Shown here: one piece after another, positions 40,956-50,200 of the stretch
How the letters are laid out: each line of letters starts with the position of its first letter
Position numbering within the stretch: position 1 is the stretch's first letter
From: Armatimonadota bacterium
GTDB lineage: Bacteria > Armatimonadota > DTGP01 > JAKQQT01
Reading direction: 5' to 3'
NCBI GenBank assembly: GCA_036504855.1
Contig: DASXUL010000075.1
Span: forward strand, 12,655-76,654
Length of the DNA: 64,000 bases
The notes under the pieces: model-generated
What the model was told of the DNA's origin: nothing
Database searches by the model: none
The model's input: only the letters and a program-made list of their open reading frames with translations
Program-made: the position numbers and the translations under genes

Positions 40956-41616
40956 GGTATCCAGTCATCAAGACGAGTGGTCGAATTGGTGCTACAGAGG
41001 CAGCAACAGCGGCAAACATCATCTCGTGCCGAAGTCCGGTAGAGATCCATTCGCGCCAGATGATGTGGATACGGATAAGAAGATGTTTGAGCGGTGGAAG
41101 CAACTCGCCGTTGCCGACATACCAACCCATGCGAGAGATGACTGGGATCTCCTTGCTATCGCTCAGCATCATGGCCTCGCCACAAGACTCCTAGACTGGA
41201 CTTATAACGCACTAATAGCGGCCTTCTTTGCGGTTGTAGACTCGCGTAGCCTCTCTGTCCCTAACGAGGATTGCGTTGTGTGGGCCCATTATACGAAGGA
41301 GACTGTTGACCCACAGAAGGAAGAGCCGTTTGGTGTTACCGGGTACAAGCGCCTTCGGCCGAAGGGGGTGGTGCCTAGGGTGGTTCGTCAGGGCGGATAC
41401 TTCACGATACACAATCCTCCGTCAACCGCTCTGGAGGACAAACTGAATCCGGAGGACAAGCTTGTAAGGATGATCATCAAGGGCTCGTATCGTTCTACAC
41501 TTGCTATTGAGTTGTCTCACTATGGCGTTAACTCAATGAGTCTGTTCCCGGATCTTGATGGCCTAGCAAGGCATTTGAATTGGGTCTTCACGAGCATGCC
41601 TTCAGAATCGGCCTAG
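40816..41616 (+). CDS. FRG-domain protein (start uncertain; no canonical start downstream of the MTase stop)
   Basis: 'WSNWCYRGSNSGKHHLVP' resembles the FRG-domain core (W..FRGQ...L.P). The ORF overlaps the MTase 3' end by ~140 nt as drawn. Confidence 0.4.
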   Translation: MLQVKIRLGGPPHLRSRAKLREAIRRSWVDTRVRTVTIRSFNKFHSEVSSHQDEWSNWCYRGSNSGKHHLVPKSGRDPFAPDDVDTDKKMFERWKQLAVADIPTHARDDWDLLAIAQHHGLATRLLDWTYNALIAAFFAVVDSRSLSVPNEDCVVWAHYTKETVDPQKEEPFGVTGYKRLRPKGVVPRVVRQGGYFTIHNPPSTALEDKLNPEDKLVRMIIKGSYRSTLAIELSHYGVNSMSLFPDLDGLARHLNWVFTSMPSESA

Positions 41617-41694
41617 TGGACGCGCATTAGGAATCCCAAGGCACGCGGAAGTGAGCAGAATGGTGCCACGAGCGCTCATTGAATAAGGTGTCCA

Positions 41695-41901
41695 ATGGTA
41701 TCGTACAAGGAAATCCAGAGATGGGTTCGGGAGGAGTATGGGTTCGTCCCGAAGTCGTGTTGGATAGCTCATGGGAAGGAGTTGAGCGGAATTCCGACGC
41801 GGGTCGCTATGAACCGAAAGGGTGAACGGGCTTTCCCATGCCCTTCAGGTAAACTCGCTGCAATCGTTGCAGGATTCAAGCACTTTGGTCTCATTCGGTA
41901 G
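41695..41901 (+). CDS. small hypothetical protein (68 aa)
   Basis: ATG-initiated ORF with low-GC codon usage like the rest of the island. No recognisable motif. Confidence 0.3.
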   Translation: MVSYKEIQRWVREEYGFVPKSCWIAHGKELSGIPTRVAMNRKGERAFPCPSGKLAAIVAGFKHFGLIR

Positions 41902-41907
41902 GCGCTG

Positions 41908-41938
41908 TAGGCCGACCTGATCGGCATCGCGTTGCGCG
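41908..41938. repeat. 31-nt near-identical (28/31) direct copy of an internal proS segment (36617-36647, codons ADLIGIPLRV), at the right island boundary
   Basis: gccgacctgatcggcatcgcgttgcgcgtca versus proS gccgacctgatcggcatccctctgcgcgtca. Confidence 0.6.
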
Positions 41939-42075
41939 TCAGTCATCAGTCATCAGTCAGGCGACCTTGGCCTCATCGGGAGGCAATCTCATGGAGCAAG
42001 GCCTCCGGACTGACAACTGACAACTGACAACTGATGACTGACGACTGATCACTGATCGCTGACGGCTGACAGCTG
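41937..42075. repeat. CAGTC/GACTG stop-rich repeat element (family copy c), abutting the PHP gene stop
   Basis: agtcatcagtcatcagtcag-gcgacc...cctccggactg-acaactgacaactgacaactgatgactgacgactgatcactgatcgctgacggctgacagctg. Confidence 0.6.
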
Positions 42076-42079
42076 TTCC

Positions 42080-43324
42080 TCAGAACCGTTTACCCCAAAC
42101 GAGGCCGGGGTGCGGGAAGAGGTGGAACTGGGCGGTGTCGGCGTGGGTGTGCTTGCCCAGCCACGCGCCGATGCCCTCGGTGTCGGAGCCGAAGGCGGAG
42201 CCCAGCGTGAAGAGGAGGCGCGGCAGGCCGCGGCGGAGGGCGCGGCGTTCCGCGCTATCGTCAAAGCGCGTATCGGCTTGCGTGCGGCCGGCCAGGATGG
42301 CGGCGCGCACGCCGTCAGCGGTAGCGGGGCAGTTCTCCATCACGGTATAACAGGCGCCGACGACCGCCGGGTCGTGCGCGTCGCTGCTGCCGATGGCGGG
42401 CTTGCGAACCGTTCGGTAGAACGCCTCGCGCGTATCCTCCCCGTGGCGGGCCATGGCGAAGTGCATCTCTTCAGCGGCGTTTTCCGTTTCCACCGCATCG
42501 AACGGCAGCGCGTTGGCGAGATCCTTCACGCCGTCCGGGAGCTGCGGGTGCGCCGCGATGGCGATTCCGCCCTGGGCGTGGATCTCCTCCACGGTGTGCG
42601 CGGCGCTCATCCCCGGCGCGATCTCCTGCGTGAGAAACAGCCCCACGATGTGCCCCTGGGCGCTGCTGATCTCCTCGCCGGGGATCACCAGAAAACTCGC
42701 CGGCGCCTTGCCCTCGCGGATCAGGCCTGGCAGGGCTTCCTGGGCCTTGTGGACGCCGCCCATCGTGTTGTGGTCCGTGATGGCGATGCCGGAGAGCCCG
42801 CGGTAGGCGGCGGCGCGCAACATCTGCACGGGGTCGGCCAGGGAATCGTGGCTGTAGCAGGTGTGCACGTGGAGATCGAGGGCGAGGCCGCCGGGCGGCG
42901 GGGTGATGCGCGCATCCGCGTTGAGGTGGCGCACCGAGGCGCGTTTGGCGTAGGTGGCATAGAGGTCGCCCTGCGGACGGAAGAGGATTTCGGTGAGGTT
43001 GCCGTTGCGCAAGAGCGGCAGGGAGAGCAGGAACTTGTTGCGCAAAGCATTGAGGTCCACATCGCCGGGCTCCGTGGCGTTGCCGAAGAGGCGTTCCATC
43101 TCGAAGAGAGACCCCAGCCCGAAGCTGCCCTGCAGGTTGGGGGCGTCCAGGCCGAACACGAGGGATGGCGGGGTCCGGCCGCTGATCACCTGCTCGTCGT
43201 ACCAGTGGTCCTTCGCCTGGTGGACCCAGTAGGGATCCTGGTTGCTGGCGGGGGACTGGGCGCGGGCGGTTGATGCGGCTGCGGCGACGGTCGCGACAAA
43301 GGCGAACAGCAGTAGAGGTTTCAT
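42080..43324 (-). CDS. secreted PHP-domain (polymerase/histidinol-phosphatase family) metal-dependent phosphoesterase
   Basis: Signal peptide MKPLLLFAFVATVAAAASTARA. PHP motifs 'DLHVHTCYSHDS' and 'GIAITDHN'. Confidence 0.6.
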   Translation of the reverse strand: MKPLLLFAFVATVAAAASTARAQSPASNQDPYWVHQAKDHWYDEQVISGRTPPSLVFGLDAPNLQGSFGLGSLFEMERLFGNATEPGDVDLNALRNKFLLSLPLLRNGNLTEILFRPQGDLYATYAKRASVRHLNADARITPPPGGLALDLHVHTCYSHDSLADPVQMLRAAAYRGLSGIAITDHNTMGGVHKAQEALPGLIREGKAPASFLVIPGEEISSAQGHIVGLFLTQEIAPGMSAAHTVEEIHAQGGIAIAAHPQLPDGVKDLANALPFDAVETENAAEEMHFAMARHGEDTREAFYRTVRKPAIGSSDAHDPAVVGACYTVMENCPATADGVRAAILAGRTQADTRFDDSAERRALRRGLPRLLFTLGSAFGSDTEGIGAWLGKHTHADTAQFHLFPHPGLVWGKRF

Positions 43325-44055
43325 ACGGGTTCTACTCCGCGGACGGACGGGCATCTCAGGATGCGAAAGAGGAGGCCAAGGCGGCCCGCGCGGTGCGAGA
43401 CGCTGACGCGGGGCAGGCGGTATGGGTCCTCGCCGCTCACCACGCGGCGTTTCTCCGTGGTGACGGCCAAGCTGTATCCAGCTTCTTCAACACCACAGCG
43501 CACGGCGGCGTTCACGCAACCGCTAGGATAGCAGAACGATGGCACGGAGATCCCGAGCGCGGACTCCAGGTCAGCCTTGCCGCCCACGAGCTCGCGCGTG
43601 AGGCGCTCCGCGTCGGCTTTGCACAGGTCTGTATGGGTCATGGTGTGGGCTCCGATGTCCCACCCGTCGTCTCTGAGATCGCCGAGTTGTTCCAACGTGA
43701 GCAGCGGCCGCCCCTTCAACGTGGCGGCGGGTTCCCAGTCGTTCGTCTGCCCCACATAGCCGCTCACGACGAAGACGGTGGCCGTGAACCCCATTTCCTT
43801 CAGAACGGGCCGCACGGACCAGTGCAGGTCCGCGTCGCCGTCGTCGAAGGTGAGGGCGAATCGTTTGGCGGGCAGCGGCTCCTTCGCTCTCAGTTTTGCG
43901 GCGAGATCCTGAAGGGAGATGGAAGTCCAACCGATGTTTTTCAGAAGCCTCATATGCGCCGCGAACACGGGCGCGTGGCAGAAGATGCTGGCGTGGCGGC
44001 GGACGGTGGGGTGATCGCCCACGAAATGATAGGTGAGAATTGGAACGTTACGCAT
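43321..44055 (-). CDS. polysaccharide deacetylase (NodB-homology / CE4) family protein
   Basis: 'FALTFDDGDADLHW' and 'ATVFVVSGYVG' CE4 motifs. Confidence 0.6.
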   Translation of the reverse strand: MRNVPILTYHFVGDHPTVRRHASIFCHAPVFAAHMRLLKNIGWTSISLQDLAAKLRAKEPLPAKRFALTFDDGDADLHWSVRPVLKEMGFTATVFVVSGYVGQTNDWEPAATLKGRPLLTLEQLGDLRDDGWDIGAHTMTHTDLCKADAERLTRELVGGKADLESALGISVPSFCYPSGCVNAAVRCGVEEAGYSLAVTTEKRRVVSGEDPYRLPRVSVSHRAGRLGLLFRILRCPSVRGVEPV

Positions 44056-45253
44056 GCGCCGGTTCTTCCGCTTCGTCTGCAATCCCTATCGCCTCTCGGT
44101 AGATGCGTTCAATGGCGTGCGCCATCGCCTTCGCGGTGAAGCGGTTTGCCGCCTCCTTGCTAGCGGCGGCGCCGAGGCGTAGGCGCAACGGTCGGTTGGA
44201 CAAGAGGAGGTGGAGCGCGTCGGCAAGGGCGGCGGGGTCCTGGCTGGGCGTGAGGAGGCCGGTGCGGCCGTCGTCCACAATGTCCGGGATGCCGCCGACC
44301 TCGCAGGCCACGACCGGGCATCCGAGGGACATCGCTTCCAGCAAGGCCAGCGGGCACATTTCCATCAAGGATGGCATGGCCACAACGTCGAAGGCCGCCA
44401 ATACGGCGCCGACGTTTTGCCGGGGCCCGAGGAAGCGGGTGGCGGCGTCCAGCCCGAGCGTTGTTGCCAGTTGACGCAGGCGGCGCCCCCATTCGGCCTC
44501 CTCGGGGCCGGCGAACACGAGGTAGGGACGCTCTCGATCACTCATCGTCGCCACGGCGCGCAGTAGTAGGTCGTGCCCTTTCACGGGTGAGAGCCGGCCG
44601 AGGACTCCCACGACCAGAGCCTCAGCGGGTATGTTCCATGAACGTCGCTCTTCGGCGGCCCGCCAGGCGTCTTCCTGCAGCGCTTCCAGATCTACCCCAT
44701 TCGGCGCCATGGCGACCTGGCTTTCCGCCAGAGGATACGGGGCTTGGCGTAGGAATCCGGCGGTGGGCACGATCAGCCGGTCCAGGTAGGGCATCGTCCA
44801 GTGGGCGGCGCCCATATGGTCGGTGCCGACGGATGGCAACCCCGTGAGCCTGGCGGTCGCCAGGGCATAGACCATACCGCGGGAGAGGTGTCCGTGAACC
44901 ACGTCCGCGCGCTCTCGGAATGCCAACCGAACCAGTTGCGCGAGGGTGATGGGGTCCAGGGTGCCGCGCATCGGAAGGGGCGTATGCGGGATGCCGGATT
45001 CACGGAGCGCCTGCGCAAACCAGCCGCCGCGCCGGAACGCCACGTGGACCCCCATGCCATGGGCCATCTGCGAGCGAGCCAGGAGGAGCACATGGCGTTC
45101 CACTCCCGCCAGGGAGTTTCCCGAGACAACGTGGACCACGTTCAGGGCCTGGCTGTGCGACGCCGGGGGATCCCACTGGGGGGAGAGCGCCGCCACGGTG
45201 GACGCCACATGTCGCAACGCGGGCGCCGCCAGCAGGGCGGAGTGCAGAGCCAT
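44048..45253 (-). CDS. GT4-family glycosyltransferase
   Basis: GT-B fold. The C-terminal 'E...PSLMEMCPLALLEAMSLGCPVVA' matches the EX7E-type GT4 motif. The start MALHSALL is chosen over the track extension. Confidence 0.6.
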   Translation of the reverse strand: MALHSALLAAPALRHVASTVAALSPQWDPPASHSQALNVVHVVSGNSLAGVERHVLLLARSQMAHGMGVHVAFRRGGWFAQALRESGIPHTPLPMRGTLDPITLAQLVRLAFRERADVVHGHLSRGMVYALATARLTGLPSVGTDHMGAAHWTMPYLDRLIVPTAGFLRQAPYPLAESQVAMAPNGVDLEALQEDAWRAAEERRSWNIPAEALVVGVLGRLSPVKGHDLLLRAVATMSDRERPYLVFAGPEEAEWGRRLRQLATTLGLDAATRFLGPRQNVGAVLAAFDVVAMPSLMEMCPLALLEAMSLGCPVVACEVGGIPDIVDDGRTGLLTPSQDPAALADALHLLLSNRPLRLRLGAAASKEAANRFTAKAMAHAIERIYREAIGIADEAEEPAHA

Positions 45254-45480
45254 TGTCACTTCCGGGCGTCCTCCACATTTTCGGTTGGGAATCGCACAGG
45301 CGTGATTATACTTTGCTCCGTCGGGATCGCCCACTGCCGTGCAAGCTAACGGTGAAACGGCGCCGTTTTGGCATTCGTCCGGCCGCTCCGCGTGCCGGCT
45401 CGGTATCTAACACGGATTAACACCGCGCGTCTCGCGGGGGAGCTTGATTGTCACCTTCCCGGTGGGGTAAAACGAATATA

Positions 45481-45492
45481 GAACATATGTTC
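45481..45492. promoter_or_regulatory. LexA (SOS) box of the GAAC-N4-GTTC / Cheo type, 20 nt upstream of imuB
   Basis: cGAACATATGTTCg is a perfect 12-nt palindrome, followed by a GGGAGG RBS and the imuB ATG at 45513. Confidence 0.65.
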
Positions 45493-45512
45493 GACTACCG
45501 CGGGAGGTCCCT

Positions 45513-46688
45513 ATGCGCACCTGGGTCGGTTGTATTCGCATTGATGGCCTGTACGTCACCGTGGAACGCGAACACGGCGCCGTTTCTCCGTTCGCCATCG
45601 CCAACGGCAAATCCATCGTGGATGCCTGCCCGAAGGCCCGCGCCGCCGGCGTGGTCCCCGGCGCCCTCGTGGCCAGCGCCCGCCGCCTCTGCGCCGGCCT
45701 GCGCATTCTGGCCTTCGAGCCCCGCCGCTACCGCGCCGCCGCCGGCCGATGGATGCGCCCATGCCTGGACCACTCTCCCTGGCTGGAGCCGCTGGCCCCC
45801 CACGAGGCCTTCCTGGACCTTACCGGCCACCCGGATCCCAACGCCGCCATCCGCGACCTGCACCGCCTCAGCCAGGGATACGGCCTTTCCGCCCGCGCCG
45901 CCGTGGCCTCCAACAAGCTCGTCGCTCGCGCCGCGACCATCGTGCCGGATACGCTGCGGGACCCGGTGACCCTCGTGCCGCCCGGCGCGGAGCGCGCTTT
46001 TCTGGCCCCCCACCCCGTGCGCGCGCTGTGGCCGCTGGGCGAGAAGCTTTTGGCCCGCCTGGAGCGCCTGGAGTATGAGAACGTGGCCGAGATCGCCGCC
46101 TCCTCGCTGACGGACCTGAGATCCCAGTTGGGCAAGGAGGCGGCGATGGTCCAGACTCTCGCGCAGGGCCGGTACCCGGACCCGGTGCGCGCCCTCTATC
46201 CCGAGGCCACCATCCGCCGCCGCGAGCGCTGGCTGGAGCCGATTGAGCTGGAAGAGATGCTGTGGAAACGCGTGGGAGAGATGGCGAAAGACGCCGCCGA
46301 GGCGCTCTCTGGCCGCTGCTGCCGCGTGTTCAGCCTCACCCTGGAGATGGAAGACAACACGCGCCGGGAGACCCGCGAAACCCGCCGCCTGATGGACCGC
46401 GCCAAGCTGCCGGAAACGGCCCTGCGCCTGCTGGAGCGGCTGGCGCCGGATGGGCCCGTGGCCGGCGTGGCGCTGGTGGCCGGCGCTTTGCAGGACCCGC
46501 CGCCTCTGGATGGCGACCTGTTTTCGCTGGACAAGATCCGCCGCCGCCGCGCGCTGGACGACGCCACCCTGTGCCTGGAGGAGCGGTTCGGAAAGCGTAT
46601 CCTGTTTCCGTGTTCCGACGTGCCGGTCCCATGGCGCGAACAGGCGTGGCAGGCATTTTGGGGCCGGTTGGGGGCCGGCGTCGTATGA
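45513..46688 (+). CDS. imuB: ImuB-like Y-family polymerase paralog (mutasome subunit)
   Basis: Y-family fold pattern; context is a LexA box upstream and dnaE2 downstream. Confidence 0.65.
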   Translation: MRTWVGCIRIDGLYVTVEREHGAVSPFAIANGKSIVDACPKARAAGVVPGALVASARRLCAGLRILAFEPRRYRAAAGRWMRPCLDHSPWLEPLAPHEAFLDLTGHPDPNAAIRDLHRLSQGYGLSARAAVASNKLVARAATIVPDTLRDPVTLVPPGAERAFLAPHPVRALWPLGEKLLARLERLEYENVAEIAASSLTDLRSQLGKEAAMVQTLAQGRYPDPVRALYPEATIRRRERWLEPIELEEMLWKRVGEMAKDAAEALSGRCCRVFSLTLEMEDNTRRETRETRRLMDRAKLPETALRLLERLAPDGPVAGVALVAGALQDPPPLDGDLFSLDKIRRRRALDDATLCLEERFGKRILFPCSDVPVPWREQAWQAFWGRLGAGVV

Positions 46689-46921
46689 ACCGCCATGAGT
46701 ACCCCGCCCGCGTGGGCGGCCGGCCGGGGCGCATCGAATGGGTGGCCTGGGGCGGCCGCCGCGTGATGGTGCGCCAGGTGGTGTGCTGGTGGGACGAGCC
46801 GCCGCTGCCCTGGGACGGCGTGCCGGAGCGCCATTACGCCCGCCTCCTTCTGGAGACCGGCGGCGTTCTGGAAGTCTACCACTCCGACGAAAACTGGCGC
46901 GTCTGCGGCCTGGAGGATTGA
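46685..46921 (+). CDS. small Trp-rich hypothetical protein translationally coupled to imuB (ATGA overlap)
   Basis: 78 aa: MNRHEYPARVGGRPGRIEWVAWGG...HYARLLLETGGVLEVYHSDENWRVCGLED. Confidence 0.4.
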   Translation: MNRHEYPARVGGRPGRIEWVAWGGRRVMVRQVVCWWDEPPLPWDGVPERHYARLLLETGGVLEVYHSDENWRVCGLED

Positions 46922-47054
46922 TGTCCGCCATCAGCTATCAGCCGTCAGTTGTCAGCCAGAAGGTTGGGACATGAGGCTCTTTCAGTGCCCAGTTAGGGAG
47001 GATCTGTCAGAGAGCAAGCTTGCGGATCGCATCGGATGCTTATGATCTCCACGC

Positions 47055-47168
47055 GTTACGGGGCGGACACGGCAAGCCGTGTCCCTACGCGTCACTGGTT
47101 CCATCCACCGAACGGTGGACGGCCGGGCCGACCTGTAGGGACACGGCTTGCCGTGTCCGCCCCGTAAC
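47055..47168. repeat. ~110-nt structured palindromic element (copy 2 of 2), in the dnaE2 5' region
   Basis: Two 34-nt arms, GTTACGGGGCGGACACGGCAAGCCGTGTCCCTAC and its reverse complement. Each arm is itself a hairpin, and they flank a CCACCG-aa-CGGTGG hairpin. Confidence 0.6.
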
Positions 47169-47227
47169 TTCCATGGATCAGACGCTTCTGTCGTGCAATC
47201 CCCGGGAAGCCCGGTTAAGAAAAATCC

Positions 47228-50200
47228 ATGGAACAGGAATTCCAGCCGAAGAAAAGGCTTGTGTGGTCCGATGACGGAGGCTGGCGAACGAACGACGGCC
47301 GGCCCGCTTCCGCGCCGGTTCCGCCGCCTCCCCCTCCCCCCGCCGCGCCGGCCTCCTATGTGGAGCTGCACTGCCACAGCCAGCACAGCCTGCGCGACGG
47401 CGCGGCGCACATTGAGGACCTCGCGGCCCGCGCCAAGGCCCTCGGCATGCCGGCCCTGGGCGTTACCGACCACGATTCCATGGCCGTGGCCCCGGAGTTC
47501 CGCGCGGCCGCCGTGGCGGAGGGGGTGAAGCCCATCCAGGGCGTGGAGGTTTCCTTCGCCGGGCATGCCGGCGGCGCTTTCCACCTGACGCTGCTGGCCG
47601 AAACCGATGAGGGCTTCGGGCATCTCTGCGAAATCCTCACGCTCATGCGGGGGCCGATGTCCACGGTGTTGCGCCCGCAGGAGACGGCCCCGGACGCGCC
47701 CTCCCGCCGCAACCCGTTCGCCACGATGGACATGCTAACCGGCCGCGCCAAGGGCATCCTCTGCCTCACCGGCTGCGCCAAGGGGAAGCTGGCCCACCAC
47801 CTGTTGCGCCGCGAGGAAGAAGAAGCCGAACAAACGCTCGGTTTGTGGGCGGACCTCTTCGGCAAGGAGAACGTCTTCGTGGAATTGCAGGACCACAAGC
47901 GCGGCTTCGAGCCATCGCTGAACCGCCGCCTGTGCGAACTGGCGGATCGCTTCGACCTGCCCGTTGTGGCCACCAACAATGTGCATTTCCTGGCGCGCGC
48001 CGATTTCTGGGTGCACGAGGCCATGGCCTGCTGGCGCGCCGGCCGCCTCAGCCGCACCGCCGTGTTCCCGGAGCGTCCCCGCAGCGCCGAAGCGTACCTG
48101 AAGGGCGCGGATGAGATCGCCCGCCTCTTCCGGCCCCGCCCCGACGCCCTCTCCAACACCCTCGCCATCGCGGAGCGGTGCACTCCCGTGTTGGACCCCG
48201 CTGTGCGCCGCTGGCCGGATTTCACGCCGCCCCCCGGCTTCACCGAGGATTCCTATCTGGACCACCTGGTGGGGCTGGGAGCGCGCGCCCGGTACGGCGC
48301 CAACGTGCCCGCCGAAGTGTGCCGCCGCATCCAGTACGAGCTGCGCCTCATCCGCGCCAAGGGCTTCTGCGGCTATTTCCTGCTGGTGTGGGCGGTCTGC
48401 CGCTGGATGCGGCAGGTGGATATCCTCTATCGCGTGCGCGGCTCGGCCGGCGGCAGCGTTGTGGCCTATTGCCTCTACATTGCCACCCTGGACCCGTTCG
48501 TATATGACCTGTCCTTCGACCGCTTCCTGAACGAGGCCCGCAGCGCGCCGCCGGATATCGACCTGGATATCGACAGCCGCGAGCGCGACCGCGTGGTGGA
48601 CCACCTGCGCCAGATGTATGGACGCGACCGCGTGGCCAGCGTGGCCGCCTACAGCACCATCCGGGGGAAATCCCTGATCCGCGATTTCGGGCCCGTGTTC
48701 GATCTGCCGCCGGATGTTATTGACCTCGCCAGCAAGTCCCTGCGCAACGTGGGGGCGCACCACCTGGGCGAGGCGTTCGAGGGCCTCCCGCAACTGCGCG
48801 ACGCCGGCATCCCCAAGGAGCCCTTCCAGCCGCTCATCGACCTCGGCCTGAAGATATCGCGCTTCCCCAGCCACACCCAGACCACCGTGGGTGTGGTGAT
48901 CTCCGGCCTGCCGCTGACCCAGGTCTCCCCGCTCTGGCCCGCCGCCAAGGACGGCCAGGCAGCCGTTTCCTACGACAAGGACTGGGTGGAGCGCGTTGGC
49001 CTCATCAAAACCGACTTCCTCTTCCTCCGCGAACTCGCCGCCATCCGCGACTGCGTGAGAAGCATGGAGAAGGGATCGGATTCCGGATCCCGGATTCCGG
49101 ATTCCGACATGGATGCGGAGCCGGCCTGCATACAGGAAGCTTTCGCCGCTGATCGGATTCCGGATTCCGACATGGACTCGCGGGAGGTGATCTGCGGGAG
49201 TGAGCCAGCCACAAAGGGTCGGAATCCGGAATCCGGAATGCGGGCCCCGATCTCTCTTCCGAATCCGGAATCCGGAATCCGGACCCCGATTTCCTCTTTC
49301 GACTATGACGGTATTCCTCTGGACGATCCGGATACGTTTGCGCTGCTGGCCTCGGGGCGCACCATTGGGGTTTTCCAGTTGGAGAGCCCGGCGCAGCGGG
49401 TGCTGATGCAGCGGATGAGGCCCTCGCACATCAAGGATTGCGTGGCGGCGGTGGCGCTGATCCGGCCGGGGCCGATCACTGGCGACGCCGTGACGCCCTT
49501 CGTGGTCCGCCGCACCGGGCGCGAGCCGGTCACCTATCCGGACGAGCGTCTGCGGCCCGTGCTGGAGGATACGTACGGCGTGGTGATTTACCAGGATCAG
49601 GTGATCGAGCTGGCCATGGCCGCCGCCGGCTGGAGCCCGGACCGGGCGGACCAGTTGCGCCGCCGCATCAGCCACGCCCGCAGCAAGGACATGATGCGCG
49701 ACATCCAGGTGGAGTTCATCGCCGCGGTGTTGGCTCAAGGCTTTACGCAGGAGGTAGCGGACTGGTGTTTCAAGAGCATCCTGGGTTTCGCCAGCTACGG
49801 CTTCTGCCATGCCCACGCGGCGGCCTTCGGGGAGACCGCCTACAAGAGCGCCTACCTGCTGGCCCATTACCCCAGCCACTACCTGATGGGCATTATGAAC
49901 AATTACCCGATGGCCTACTATCCGTTGCGAACGGTGGTGGCCGAGGCGCGCCGGCGCGGGGTAAAGGTGCTTCCCCCGGACGTGAACCGCAGCCAGGCGG
50001 ATGACATCGCCAACGACACGACCATCCGCGCGGGGCTGAAGCACGTTCACGGCATCAAGCGCCGCACGCTGGAGGCTATTGCAGCGGCGCGCGCCGAGGG
50101 CTCCTTCCCCACCGTGCCGGAGTTCTGCGCGCGCGTTCCCGTCTCGCGTGACGAGGTGGAATCGCTGGCGCTGGCCGGGGCGTTCGATGCGCTGCACCCG

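Noticed and set aside
49085-49310. Possible CRISPR array (tandem GGATTCCGG repeats)
   Set aside because: The repeats are 9-23 nt units without unique spacers. They sit in frame inside dnaE2 and are inverted relative to each other, so this is not a CRISPR array. No cas genes or CRISPR arrays were seen anywhere in the window.
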